Program-made: the position numbers and the translations under genes | Assembly (NCBI GenBank): GCA_031416075.1 | Contig: JANOSY010000090.1 | Span: forward strand, 8,288 to 72,287 | Length of the DNA: 64,000 nucleotides | Source: Candidatus Tenderia sp. | GTDB taxonomy: Bacteria; Pseudomonadota; Gammaproteobacteria; Tenderiales; Tenderiaceae | Direction of reading: 5' to 3' | The notes under the pieces: model-generated | What the model saw: the letters and a program-made list of their open reading frames with translations, nothing else | What the model was told of the DNA's origin: nothing | Databases searched by the model: none | Shown: positions 1-10,412 of the stretch, piece by piece | Layout: each line of letters opens with the position of its first letter | How positions within the stretch are numbered: the stretch's first letter is position 1

Positions 1-3000
1 ATTCATAAATATACCAATGCAGACACCACCCTCACTACCGGCGGAGGGCTGTTTAATGTGACCGGTGTTGATTACATTGCCGACTCCACTTCAAGCAGAT
101 CAGTACTCATCAACACTGGTGCTGGCATGGCCACACTGAACATCAGCGGCAGTGCCACCCTGGGCCGGATGCAGGTGGCAGGATTGAGTATCACAACAGC
201 GGGAAAAGATGGCAGCAACCCCAGCATTCAACAGGGCAGCACCAATGCCAACGACACCCTGACCGTCACCGGTGCCGCCAGTTTTACCTCCACCGCCAGC
301 GATGGAAAGATCATCCTTAGCAACAGTAACAATCTGCAAGGCGACATCAATCTGAACAGCAGTGGCGGCTACCAGGGCGACATCACCCTCAACAACAGCG
401 CCACCACTACAACACTCAACAACGTCAGCGTGGCCGGTAACCTGACCGTCAATGCCAACCGCCACCTGACCGTGAAGGGCAGTGTCATCGGCAAAGGCAG
501 TGATGGCATCGACACCAACCCCAGCAACCCTACCACCACCACCCTGGCACTCAACTTTGGTCAGGGCGGTAGTAACAGCACCTTCACCGCCAACGGCGCC
601 ATCGCTGCCGGGAATATTAATAGTATGGGTGATGACATCGTCAACATCACCCTGCAGGGGGGCGCGGGCAATGACACCTTCACCCTGAATAGCAGCGGCA
701 CACTCACCACCCTTAACGGCGGCGCCATCACCCTGAATGGGGCCAGTGGCAATGATACGTTTAATATTCACACCGCCATTGCCGGCAGTGTGAACGGTGG
801 TGATGGCGATGATGTTTTTAATTTGAATGCCACGGGGCTGGCCATTACCAGCATTAATGGTAATGGTGGTGACAATACGTTGAGTGGTGCCGCCGAGAAT
901 ACCGAGTGGTTGATCAGTGGCAGCGATGCGGGGAAGATCACCACCAGCGGTAATAACACCGTTAACTTCAGCGGCATTAAAAACCTCACCGGTGGCAGTG
1001 GCGATGACAGCTTTACCTTGGGTAGCGGCGGCAGCATCACCGGCACCCTTGATGGCGGGGCTGGGGAGAACTCACTGACGGCGCGTGATGCAAATAACGT
1101 CTGGTTAGTGGCGGCAGTGAGCAGCATCAGCAGCGTTGACAACGCCACCCGCTTTAGCAACATAAAAACACTCAACGGTGGCAGCGGTAACGACGCATTC
1201 ACCCTGACCGGTGCGTTTGCCGGAGAGATCCATGGCAACGGTGGCAGTAATACCCTGCAGGCCACCAACAGCTCCAACAGCTGGGCGATTGGTGCAGTGA
1301 ATCAACTGAATACCACCCTGACCTTCAGCGACATTCAAACAGTGATCGGTGGTACTGCCGTGGATACCTTTACCATCAGTGATAACTTTGGTGGCACCCT
1401 CAGGGGTGGTGATGGCAACGATGTTTTTAATATTGCCGCGTCTCTTACTGGCGTGTTGCAGGGGGAGGGCGGTGATGATGTTTTTAACCTGAATGCCACG
1501 GGTCTCTCCATCGCCAGCATCGATGGTGGTGTTGGCAGTAATACCTTGCGTGGTGCCAATGATCTGCTTGCCGACTGGTTGATCAGTGGCAGTGATGCCG
1601 GTCGGCTCACTACAACAGGTGGTGGCGTGGTTAACTTCACCAACGTTAAACACCTGACTGGTAACAGCGCTGCTGACAATTTCACCCTGGGCAGTGCAGG
1701 GGTAGTGACCGGCACCCTGAATGGTGGAGGCGGTGCCAACAGACTCAGCGCACGTAATAGCGACAACGTCTGGTCAGTGGCCACAGTGGGCGGCACCAGC
1801 AGCGTTAACAACGCCACCAGCTTTACCAACATACAGACCTTAAACGGTGGCACCGGTAACGACACCTTCACCCTGACCGGTGCGTTTGCCGGTGTGATTA
1901 GTGGCAATGGTGGCAGCAACACCCTGCAGGCCACCAACAGCACCAACAGCTGGGCGATTGGTGCAGTGAATCAACTGAACACCACCCTGACCTTCAGCGA
2001 CATTCAAACAGTGATCGGCGGCACAGGGGTGGATACCTTTACGATCACTGATAACTTTGCAGGCACCCTCAATGGTGGCGATGGCAACGATACTTTTAAC
2101 ATAGCGGCCTCCATCAGCGGACAGCTTAACGGTGGCACGGGTGACGACAGCTTTACCCTCAACGCCCTCGGCCTCACCATCGCCGATCTCATCGGTGGTG
2201 GTGGCAATGATACTCTGCGCGGTGCCAATGAGATTGCCAGCTGGAGCATCAGTGGCAGCGATGCAGGCAGACTCACCACCACTAACGCGGGCAGCGTGAA
2301 TTTCAGCGGCATCAAAAACCTGACCGGCGGCAGCGCCGCAGACACCTTCACCCTCGGCGACGCCGGTTCCGTCACTGGCACCGTTGATGGTGGTGCAGGC
2401 AGCAACAGCCTCACTGGCCGTGCAACCGGAAACCAGCTTTGGACCATTATCACGGGTAACAGCAGCGCCACCTACGTCAACCGGTTTTTTAATATACAGA
2501 CGCTCAACAGTGTTGCCGGTGACGACACCTTTACCCTCAGCAGCGACTACAGCGGCACCATTAATGGTGGGACGGGCAACGATACTTTTACCCTTTCTAG
2601 TCTGATCCCTTCTTACAGTGGCACACTCAATGGCGGGGCGGGCAATGATATCTTTAACATCGGCACCCGCGTCACCGGCACCCTCAATGGTGGTGACGGG
2701 AATGACACCTTCAACATCAACGCCGCCGGATTGACCATCGCCACCCTCATCGGTGGTGATGGCTTCGATATCCTGCGTGGCAACAACGCCACTGCCACCT
2801 GGTTAATCAGCGCCCTGGACAGTGGTTCAATCACCAGCACCTTGGCAGACAACATCACCTATAGCGGCATCGAACATCTGCAGGGTGGCAGTGGCGACGA
2901 TACCTTTACCCTTGAGGTGGCCGGGGGCGTGACCGGCAGCATCGACGGTGATGGTGGCAGCAATACCCTGAACGGTCGCGCCACCGGCAACAACCTCTGG

Positions 3001-6000
3001 ACCATCGCCGGCAACAGCAGCGCCGTCAGCAATGTCGCCGAGTTCCGGAACATGCAGCGACTCAACGGTGGTAGCGGCGTCGACACCTTCAACATCAGCA
3101 GCGATTTTATCGGCACCCTCAATGGTGGTGCCGGGGCCGATATCTTCAACATCAATGCCACTGGTTTGAACATCACCAGCCTCATCGGCGGTGAAGGCCT
3201 CGACACCCTGCGCGGTGCCAACGAGACCGCCACCTGGAACATCAGCGGCATGGACAGCGGCACACGCAACACCACCACGACCCTCGCCTTCAGCAGCATT
3301 GAAAACATCAGCGGCGGCAGCGGTGATGACACCTTCACCCTCGGCAACAGCGGCGTAGTCAGCGGCACCCTGGATGGCGGCACTGGCAGCAACCGCCTCA
3401 ATGGCCGGGCACAGGGAGACAACGACTGGTTAATCACGGAGACACTGAGCAGCGTCAGCTACGTCTTTGCCTTTCGTAACATGCAGCACCTCTATGGTGG
3501 CAATGGTGTAGATACCTTCACCCTCAATGGCACCCTCAACGGCAACATCAGTGGCAGCGTCAACGGTATGGCCGGTGATGACATTTTTAACATCAGCATC
3601 GCCATCACCGAGCAGCTGCTCGGCGGTGAGGGCAACGACACCTTCAACATCAACAGCAATGATCTGAACATCGCCAGCATCGACGGCGGCACGGGCAGCA
3701 ACACCCTGCGTGGGGCCAATGAGAGCAGCCGCTGGCAACTGACCGGCAGCAATAACGGCACCCTGATCACCGCGTTCGATGTCAGCGGTCTGGCCCTGAA
3801 AGAGATCACCTTTGCCAACATCAACCGCCTGCAGGGCGGCACGGCGGATGATTGGTTTACGTTGAATAATGTTGCAAGTCTGGAAACACTCACCATCGAT
3901 GGTGGTGATAACGGCTTGTTGGGCGATACGGTGGATCTATCAACATTGACGGGCGCACTGCGGATAGTGCTGGGTGGCAGCGGCATCAGCAACATCGAAA
4001 CGCTGCTGGGCAACAGCGATCCCGACACCGTCCTGGTAGGGGAAGAGCGCGACAACAGCTGGCTGATCAACGGCATCAACAGCGGTGCGGTGGGCGGCAT
4101 GCAGTTCAGCGGCATGACCCACCTGCAGGGCGGTGCGGCCAACGACAGCTTCGCCTTTTCAGATACATTGACCGCCCCGTTTGGTGGCAGGATAGACGGC
4201 GCTGCCGGTCGTGACACCATCAACTACAGCAACCTCAAAGAGGTGGTGGTGACAGTGGGCAACGCCTTTGATACTGGCACCGGCTCCAGGATCAGCAGCA
4301 TCGAAGGGGTGGTGGGCGGCCTCGGCAGCACACTCAAGGGCACCGACTATGACTCACTCTGGACTCTGAATAGTGGCGGTGGTAGTGGTGGCACTGTTAA
4401 GTACCAGACCATTGGCAATAACCCGGAGCAGGTGACCCTCTTTTTTGATGGCTTCTCGACACTGCTCGGTGGTGCGGGTAGTGACACCCTTAACTTCAAC
4501 GTGGCCGGCACCATGAATGGCGCACTGCACTTTAATGGTGGTGCGGGCAGCAACAGCGTCCAACTGACCGGCGGTGGCAACGGCTACAGCGAAACTTATC
4601 GTGTCAACGATACACAGGGCGAGTTTGCCTTTAGCAGCGGTGATAACCGCTACACCCTGGCCCTGAGCAATGTCACCTCGATCCGTGACGACGTGACCGC
4701 CCCCCTGACGGTCTACGGCACTGCCGCCAACGATACCTTTGTACTCAACAGTGGGACGTTTGCCGTCAATGGCGCACTGCCAGTCCAGTACAGCAATAAA
4801 AACAGCATCACCTTTGATGGGGTGACCGGCGATGCCGATGTGATCACCGTGCAGGTGGACCTGACCCTGCCGGGAACGGTGACCTTCAGCGCCGCCACGG
4901 TCACCAGCACGCCGGGGGCCACCGTCACCGCCGATACCTTGACACTCAACCGGGTGAATGGGGCAGGCACAGCCACCGACCGCCTGCAGAGTGATGTGAA
5001 AAATATGCAGCTGATCAACAGCGGTGGTCTCTATCTGGAGAACCGGGGCGACCTGAACCTGACACAGCTGAGCACTACAGGCGCGGTGGACCTGCTGGTG
5101 AATGGCAATATCAACAGCACTGCCCCCCTAGTGGCGGACCATGCACTGACCCTGACCGCCGCAGGCAACATCAGCCTGACTAATGCCACCAATACCCTGC
5201 GCGGTCCCCTGGGACTGAAAGCAACCACCGGCAAGGTGACCCTGAATAATGGCAGCAATACCACCCTGGCCCGTGTTGACGCCAGGAGCGTGGCACTGGA
5301 TGTGGCGGGGGATCTGGTCAGCAGCGACGGCATCCACGTCACAGGCAATAGCCGCCTCTCAGCCACACAAGCATTGACCATCACCGGCAGCAACGACTTT
5401 GCCAGCGTCGAACTCACCGCCAACACCATTGAACTGCACGACAGCAACAGCATTGATGTGACCCGCGCACAGGCCAGCCGCAGCATCGCCATCCATGCCG
5501 AAGGCACTATTGGCACCGGCAGCCTGAGCGCACCACAGGTGGCGCTGACCAGCAATGGTGGTCAGATCATCGACACCAACGGCAACGCCGACAACATCAT
5601 CGCCGACAAAGTGATACTGCGCGCCAGCAGCGGCATTGGCCTGACAGATACAGCGGGGCTGATCGATGGACTGGAGACACGGACCGCGATCCTCGACGTC
5701 ATCAACCAGAACGGCAATATAGGTATCAACAACCGTGGCAAGGTACAGGTCAACACTCTGGTCACCCAAGGCAACATCGCCTTTAAAAATGAGCAGAGTG
5801 TATCGGTAGACAAAATCGACGCCGGTTATGAGAGCGGCGTTGTGACGATCGATATCAGCAACGGCTCACTGTATGGATATGCTGCCATTCCTACCGAAAC
5901 CCCCACACAACGCAGCTACAAAACCACCCCTGACATCATTGCCGACAGGGCAAGCATAAAAGCAACCGGCGACGTAGGTACGCAATATGAACCAGTGAGC

Positions 6001-6291
6001 GTGAGCATCAACCGCGAGTTTGCGCTGCTCTCCAACGTCGGCAGTGTTTACTACTACGGTGGCAAGCCTGCCAAGATCATCGATGACTCCAGCATCAAGG
6101 TCAGCGTCTTTAACGACCTGGTCGGCCTCTCCGGACAGCAACTGATCACGGTAGAGAGCCTGGCAGAGATCGATCCTGCAATTTTTACTAACATTAAAAA
6201 CTTTAGCTATGGCGACATCTCGGTGATGCTGCCCCTTGATCAGCTCTATGATGGAGAGGATGACGAGGAACGTGAAGAGGATGGGGTGTAG
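1..6291 (+). CDS. Giant repetitive secreted/surface protein (adhesin-like, RTX-like GGxGxD repeats); 5' end lies outside the window
   Basis: Frame +1 is open from base 1 to the TAG at 6291 (>2090 aa). Dozens of GG(S/A/T)G(N/D)DTF motifs and repeated W-x-I...F-x-N-I-x-x-L-x-GG units; Gly/Asn/Thr/Ser-rich; acidic C-terminus. Confidence 0.8.
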   Translation: MHKYTNADTTLTTGGGLFNVTGVDYIADSTSSRSVLINTGAGMATLNISGSATLGRMQVAGLSITTAGKDGSNPSIQQGSTNANDTLTVTGAASFTSTASDGKIILSNSNNLQGDINLNSSGGYQGDITLNNSATTTTLNNVSVAGNLTVNANRHLTVKGSVIGKGSDGIDTNPSNPTTTTLALNFGQGGSNSTFTANGAIAAGNINSMGDDIVNITLQGGAGNDTFTLNSSGTLTTLNGGAITLNGASGNDTFNIHTAIAGSVNGGDGDDVFNLNATGLAITSINGNGGDNTLSGAAENTEWLISGSDAGKITTSGNNTVNFSGIKNLTGGSGDDSFTLGSGGSITGTLDGGAGENSLTARDANNVWLVAAVSSISSVDNATRFSNIKTLNGGSGNDAFTLTGAFAGEIHGNGGSNTLQATNSSNSWAIGAVNQLNTTLTFSDIQTVIGGTAVDTFTISDNFGGTLRGGDGNDVFNIAASLTGVLQGEGGDDVFNLNATGLSIASIDGGVGSNTLRGANDLLADWLISGSDAGRLTTTGGGVVNFTNVKHLTGNSAADNFTLGSAGVVTGTLNGGGGANRLSARNSDNVWSVATVGGTSSVNNATSFTNIQTLNGGTGNDTFTLTGAFAGVISGNGGSNTLQATNSTNSWAIGAVNQLNTTLTFSDIQTVIGGTGVDTFTITDNFAGTLNGGDGNDTFNIAASISGQLNGGTGDDSFTLNALGLTIADLIGGGGNDTLRGANEIASWSISGSDAGRLTTTNAGSVNFSGIKNLTGGSAADTFTLGDAGSVTGTVDGGAGSNSLTGRATGNQLWTIITGNSSATYVNRFFNIQTLNSVAGDDTFTLSSDYSGTINGGTGNDTFTLSSLIPSYSGTLNGGAGNDIFNIGTRVTGTLNGGDGNDTFNINAAGLTIATLIGGDGFDILRGNNATATWLISALDSGSITSTLADNITYSGIEHLQGGSGDDTFTLEVAGGVTGSIDGDGGSNTLNGRATGNNLWTIAGNSSAVSNVAEFRNMQRLNGGSGVDTFNISSDFIGTLNGGAGADIFNINATGLNITSLIGGEGLDTLRGANETATWNISGMDSGTRNTTTTLAFSSIENISGGSGDDTFTLGNSGVVSGTLDGGTGSNRLNGRAQGDNDWLITETLSSVSYVFAFRNMQHLYGGNGVDTFTLNGTLNGNISGSVNGMAGDDIFNISIAITEQLLGGEGNDTFNINSNDLNIASIDGGTGSNTLRGANESSRWQLTGSNNGTLITAFDVSGLALKEITFANINRLQGGTADDWFTLNNVASLETLTIDGGDNGLLGDTVDLSTLTGALRIVLGGSGISNIETLLGNSDPDTVLVGEERDNSWLINGINSGAVGGMQFSGMTHLQGGAANDSFAFSDTLTAPFGGRIDGAAGRDTINYSNLKEVVVTVGNAFDTGTGSRISSIEGVVGGLGSTLKGTDYDSLWTLNSGGGSGGTVKYQTIGNNPEQVTLFFDGFSTLLGGAGSDTLNFNVAGTMNGALHFNGGAGSNSVQLTGGGNGYSETYRVNDTQGEFAFSSGDNRYTLALSNVTSIRDDVTAPLTVYGTAANDTFVLNSGTFAVNGALPVQYSNKNSITFDGVTGDADVITVQVDLTLPGTVTFSAATVTSTPGATVTADTLTLNRVNGAGTATDRLQSDVKNMQLINSGGLYLENRGDLNLTQLSTTGAVDLLVNGNINSTAPLVADHALTLTAAGNISLTNATNTLRGPLGLKATTGKVTLNNGSNTTLARVDARSVALDVAGDLVSSDGIHVTGNSRLSATQALTITGSNDFASVELTANTIELHDSNSIDVTRAQASRSIAIHAEGTIGTGSLSAPQVALTSNGGQIIDTNGNADNIIADKVILRASSGIGLTDTAGLIDGLETRTAILDVINQNGNIGINNRGKVQVNTLVTQGNIAFKNEQSVSVDKIDAGYESGVVTIDISNGSLYGYAAIPTETPTQRSYKTTPDIIADRASIKATGDVGTQYEPVSVSINREFALLSNVGSVYYYGGKPAKIIDDSSIKVSVFNDLVGLSGQQLITVESLAEIDPAIFTNIKNFSYGDISVMLPLDQLYDGEDDEEREEDGV
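1201..2019 (+). repeat. Internal tandem duplication (669-bp period) in the giant protein gene
   Basis: 1252-1349 and 1921-2018 differ at only about 2 positions (LQATNS.NSWAIGAVNQLNTTLTFSDIQTVIGG). accctgaccggtgcgtttgccgg occurs at both 1201 and 1870. Confidence 0.9.
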
Positions 6292-6303
6292 GTGATCCGC
6301 TGC

Positions 6304-6319
6304 TGGCATAGCAATTGCT
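6304..6319 (+). promoter_or_regulatory. sigma54 (RpoN) -24/-12 promoter for fliK
   Basis: TGGCAT-agcaa-TTGCT with GG-N10-GC spacing, 35 bp before the fliK ATG. Confidence 0.7.
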
Positions 6320-6354
6320 GTTCCTGGTATGTATAAAATCTTACGATCAGATGG

Positions 6355-7581
6355 ATGTTAACTATGCAGCTGAGCCTACAGGCTATTCCTTTAGTATTGA
6401 ACGCCTCTCCAGCGGCTGGGGCTGGATCTTCTCTGAAGACACAACCTGTTGATAATGCTGGTGATGTTGTCGGGGCTGACTTCATTGACTCCTTGAAGGA
6501 GTCAATTCAGGAGTTGGCGCGGGGTGAGATTGCGCCACTGTTGGCACTCGATCAGGCCCAGCTGTTGGCAACGGTTGAGCAATATCTTGCTGGCGAGGCG
6601 GGGTTGTCGGGCGGCAAGGGCATGCCGCTTGAGGGTGTGGTTGCCGCTGATGACAGTGCTGAGTTAACGGCGAATCTGCGTGAGTTGATGGAGCGTTTAC
6701 GGACGCTGTTGTTGAATGGCCCGTCCGTGGCCCCATCGGTCGCCGAACTGTCGGGGACGGCAGTGGCGACTGCAGTGGTTGACAGTGTGGCGGCCCAGGC
6801 ATCCTTTGATCAGCGCCGACTGCTTGAGCGTTTTCAGTCACTGCCCGAGTTGCGGCGCTCAACAGAGGCTGTTGCTTTTGCCCCAGCGCAGCCGACGATC
6901 CTTTTGGATAGTCCTTTGAATAGCGCCTCCCTTACCCAGGGCGATGAGCTTGTATTGCAGTTGGGAAAGATGGCTGAATTGAGTGCGGTCGCCATGCCAC
7001 TCAAGGAGGGGGCGTTGTTAGATGCGAAAGGTGCTGGCATTGATTTGAGTTCGTCATTGACAGCCACCACCACGCGCCAGCCGGGTTTATTGACAGGCAG
7101 TGCCGAGGCGCGTCCGGTTTCACCCACCTATATTCATGTGCCGTTAGGTAACACTCAGTGGCAGAGTGAACTTGGCAATCGTGTCACCTGGCTGGCGCGG
7201 GCCGGTGGGAATCAAAGTGCGGAGATACGTCTGAATCCAGCCAATCTTGGGCCGATTGAGGTCAAGATAATGATGAAAGATGACCAGGCCACTATTACCT
7301 TTAATGCACAGCATGGTGTTGTACGCGACGCTATTGAGGCGAGCCTGCCACGGTTGCGGGAGATGTTTTTGAATAGTGGCATGCAGTTGGCCCAGGCTAA
7401 TGTTTCAGACCAGCCATTTCAGGAGTCTCGCCAGCGCCAACAGTCTGAATCGGGGGAGGGTGATGGTCCTTTTCAAGAGTCGAACAGTCAAGCAGATGAG
7501 TCTGGTGAGCAGGCCTCTTCTGTTGCTTTGTCCCAGAGACGTACTACCGAGCTTGTTGAAAGTGTTGACCTGTATGTGTAG
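6355..7581 (+). CDS. fliK: Flagellar hook-length control protein FliK
   Basis: C-terminal T3S4 domain (W..ELG.RV.W...QSAEIRLNPANLGPIEVKI...LPRLREMF...LAQANVS), VDLYV tail, upstream of fliL. Confidence 0.9.
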   Translation: MLTMQLSLQAIPLVLNASPAAGAGSSLKTQPVDNAGDVVGADFIDSLKESIQELARGEIAPLLALDQAQLLATVEQYLAGEAGLSGGKGMPLEGVVAADDSAELTANLRELMERLRTLLLNGPSVAPSVAELSGTAVATAVVDSVAAQASFDQRRLLERFQSLPELRRSTEAVAFAPAQPTILLDSPLNSASLTQGDELVLQLGKMAELSAVAMPLKEGALLDAKGAGIDLSSSLTATTTRQPGLLTGSAEARPVSPTYIHVPLGNTQWQSELGNRVTWLARAGGNQSAEIRLNPANLGPIEVKIMMKDDQATITFNAQHGVVRDAIEASLPRLREMFLNSGMQLAQANVSDQPFQESRQRQQSESGEGDGPFQESNSQADESGEQASSVALSQRRTTELVESVDLYV

Positions 7582-7901
7582 ACAAACACTGAATAAGCGT
7601 GCTTTTACACCCTTTGTTGGAGGGGGATTGACGTAATGTATTAACCGTTAAGCGCCCTTTGTTCATGGTTCGATAGGTTCACCACGCACAGAGGGCAGAC
7701 TCAGATAGTCCCACCGTTTTTGGAATGCAATTTTTAGCGGTTGCCCACCACTCCTTCTCCTAACTATCAAACCGAACTCCTTCCCCGTTTTACTCCTGCT
7801 GTTTCTGTAAAACTGACATTTCTACGGCTAAAAAACCGTCAAATATATAACTCATGGTTTTGTTTGTATTTTAACTTATTGAAATATAAATATAAAATCA
7901 G

Positions 7902-7917
7902 TGGCACCCTTATTGCT
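7902..7917 (+). promoter_or_regulatory. sigma54 promoter for the fliL operon
   Basis: TGGCAC-cctta-TTGCT matches the consensus; AT-rich IHF-like stretch upstream. Confidence 0.8.
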
Positions 7918-7960
7918 TTGTCTTGGATGTTACAAGTAACCGCTATTTGGAGATAAAGGC

Positions 7961-8479
7961 ATGGCCGCGAAGGGAAAACCGAAAGAAGAAGCCGCTGAGA
8001 AACCAGCCGGTGGTGGAAAGAAAAAGATGATCATCATGATTGCGGTGATTGTACTGGTTCTTGGTGGAGGCACAGTGGGTACGCTTTTTTTTACCGGGAT
8101 GTTGGGCGGTGGTGCAGATAAAAAAGAGGACGCTGCAAAACATGAGGCACCGGCTGCTCATGATCCTATCTATTTTGCTTTCGAAAAACCGATTGTTGTC
8201 AATTTTGAGACGGAATCAGGGTTACGTTTTTTACAGGTTGGGGTAGAGCTGATGTCTTATGATCCGCTGGCTATTGAAGCGGTGAAGACACATATGCCTG
8301 TGATAAAAAACAACGTAATTTTAATGTTTAGCAATCAGAGTTTTGAAGGATTGGCTGGCCGTGATGGCAAAGACAAACTACGTGAGCAGACGCTTAAAGA
8401 GATACAGGCAGTGATGGAAAAATACTTTGGTAAGCCTGGTGTTGAAGAGGTTTATTTCACCAGCTTTGTTATGCAATAG
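7961..8479 (+). CDS. fliL: Flagellar basal body protein FliL
   Basis: N-terminal TM helix, C-terminal VEEVYFTSFVMQ, gene order. Confidence 0.93.
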   Translation: MAAKGKPKEEAAEKPAGGGKKKMIIMIAVIVLVLGGGTVGTLFFTGMLGGGADKKEDAAKHEAPAAHDPIYFAFEKPIVVNFETESGLRFLQVGVELMSYDPLAIEAVKTHMPVIKNNVILMFSNQSFEGLAGRDGKDKLREQTLKEIQAVMEKYFGKPGVEEVYFTSFVMQ

Positions 8480-8523
8480 AGCTGTTCTATATTCCAATGA
8501 GTCCTTCTACTAAAGGGTGATGT

Positions 8524-9525
8524 ATGTCGGTTAGTGATCTCTTATCCCAAGATGAAATTGATGCGCTCCTCCATGGCGTAGATGGTGGTGATGTTGGGGT
8601 GGAAGAGGATATTTTTGATGGTGAGGCCCGTTCATACGACTTCACCAGTCAGGATAGGATTGTTCGTGGCAGGATGCCGACTCTGGAGATGATTAATGAG
8701 CGGTTTGCACGCTATTTCAGGACTAGTCTATTTAATATGTTAAGACGGTCGCCAGAGATATCTGTGGGTGGTGTACAGATGCTCAAATTTGCAGAGTATG
8801 TCCATAGTCTGTTTGTTCCTACCAGCTTAAATCTTGTCAATGTTCGTCCAATGCGTGGCACGGGACTGATAGTGTTTGATCCAAAACTGGTATTCATTAT
8901 TGTCGACAATTATTTTGGTGGAAGTGGCAAGTTTTATAACAAGATAGAGGGCCGTGAGTTTACTCAGACAGAATCCAGAATTATTGAGTTGATGCTGCAA
9001 AAAGTATTTGTTGATATGCAGGAGGCGTGGTCTCCGGTCATGGAGGTGGAATACGCCTACCAGAGTTCAGAGGTGAATCCACATTTTGCCAATATCGTTA
9101 GTCCGACCGAGGTGGTTGTGATTAGCACTTTTCATATTGAGCTTGAGGGTGGCGGTGGAGATCTTCATGTCACCATTCCTTATTCAATGCTGGAACCTAT
9201 TCGAGAGTTGCTTGATGCAGGGACAGTCAGTGACCGCACTGAGACAGATGAGCGGTGGACTACATCTTTGAAAGAGGATATCAAAACTGCTGATATTCAT
9301 CTTAAAAGCACATTGATTGATGTTGAAGTCACTCTTGAAGATGTCCTTGGAATGAAAAAAGGGGATGTCATTCCGTTTGAGTTTCCAGAGATGATCTCAT
9401 TAACAACTGAAGATGATGTGCCAATTTTTCGCGGTAAATTTGGTGTTTCCCACGGCTTTAATGCGATTAAAGTTATTGAGCTTGTTCAGAAAAGATTGCC
9501 TGTCGTAGCTAAGTTAGGAGTGTGA
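8524..9525 (+). CDS. fliM: Flagellar motor switch protein FliM
   Basis: LLSQDEIDALL CheY-binding peptide, RIVRGRMPTLEMINERFAR. Confidence 0.97.
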   Translation: MSVSDLLSQDEIDALLHGVDGGDVGVEEDIFDGEARSYDFTSQDRIVRGRMPTLEMINERFARYFRTSLFNMLRRSPEISVGGVQMLKFAEYVHSLFVPTSLNLVNVRPMRGTGLIVFDPKLVFIIVDNYFGGSGKFYNKIEGREFTQTESRIIELMLQKVFVDMQEAWSPVMEVEYAYQSSEVNPHFANIVSPTEVVVISTFHIELEGGGGDLHVTIPYSMLEPIRELLDAGTVSDRTETDERWTTSLKEDIKTADIHLKSTLIDVEVTLEDVLGMKKGDVIPFEFPEMISLTTEDDVPIFRGKFGVSHGFNAIKVIELVQKRLPVVAKLGV

Positions 9526-9527
9526 AA

Positions 9528-9929
9528 ATGAGTGATGAGATTGATGACGTAGATGCAGGTGACGATTGGGCTGCGGCATTGGCTGAGCAAGATGAGAGCG
9601 AAAACAAGGCTGTTGAGACTGCCAAGTTTGATGAATTCTCAGAGAGCAAAGGGAAGTATGTAGAGGGGAATGAGAATCTTGATATGATTCTTGATATCCC
9701 TGTAAACATCTCAATGGAGATTGGTCGCACCAAGATAAGTATTCGTAATTTATTGCAGTTAAACCAGGGTTCTGTAGTAGAACTTGACAGATTGGCAGGA
9801 GAGCCAATGGATGTGCTGGTAAATGGAACATTGATTGCTCATGGTGAGGTGGTGGTTGTTAATGAGAAATTTGGCATTCGCCTGACGGATGTTATTAGCG
9901 CCCAAGAAAGAATAAAGAAGCTCAGATAG
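9528..9929 (+). CDS. fliN: Flagellar motor switch protein FliN
   Basis: LDMILDIPV...LNQGSVVELDRLAGEP...GEVVVVNEKFGIR; ATG 9528 follows an AGGAG RBS. Confidence 0.96.
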   Translation: MSDEIDDVDAGDDWAAALAEQDESENKAVETAKFDEFSESKGKYVEGNENLDMILDIPVNISMEIGRTKISIRNLLQLNQGSVVELDRLAGEPMDVLVNGTLIAHGEVVVVNEKFGIRLTDVISAQERIKKLR

Positions 9930-9947
9930 CGATACTGGAGAGCGGTA

Positions 9948-10412
9948 ATGAATGGTAAAGGAATATCGATAAAAATCAATTTGAAATTTTCTATGTTATT
10001 GCTAATGACGTTACTATTTTCTGGAATCTCTTGGGCGGCAGACCCTGTTGCCTCTTCACAATCGGCAATTGTTTACTCACCTGTTAACCAGGTAATAAAG
10101 ATGGTCATTGGCCTGATGATTGTGTTGGGTATGATATTTGCGTTGGCGTGGGTAGCAAAAAATCACATGGGTTTTAATGCGTCATCCAATTCTGAGTTGA
10201 AACCACTGGCGGGGGTTTTGGTTGGGCAAAAGGAGCGTGTTGTTCTGGTCAAGGTAGGTGACAGACAGATTCTCATTGGTGTTGCACCAGGGCAGATAAA
10301 CCTTTTACATGTTATTGAAAAAGGGGATGAGGTTGTGATTAATAATGAGCCATCATTGAGCCCGTTTGCTGAAAAACTTAAACGAAGCCTAGGACGGTTT
10401 GATAAGTCATGA
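9948..10412 (+). CDS. fliO: Flagellar biosynthesis protein FliO
   Basis: TM helix then [29 protein letters not shown]; lies between fliN and fliP. Confidence 0.88.
   Translation: MNGKGISIKINLKFSMLLLMTLLFSGISWAADPVASSQSAIVYSPVNQVIKMVIGLMIVLGMIFALAWVAKNHMGFNASSNSELKPLAGVLVGQKERVVLVKVGDRQILIGVAPGQINLLHVIEKGDEVVINNEPSLSPFAEKLKRSLGRFDKS

Noticed and set aside
100-6309. Many reverse-strand and alternate-frame ORFs over the giant gene
   Set aside because: They are shadows of a biased, repetitive coding sequence and carry no recognisable motifs.
7582-7900. Small ORFs or an sRNA in the fliK-fliL gap
   Set aside because: The ORFs lack an RBS or coding character; the region is adequately explained as the upstream activator/IHF region of the sigma54 promoter.
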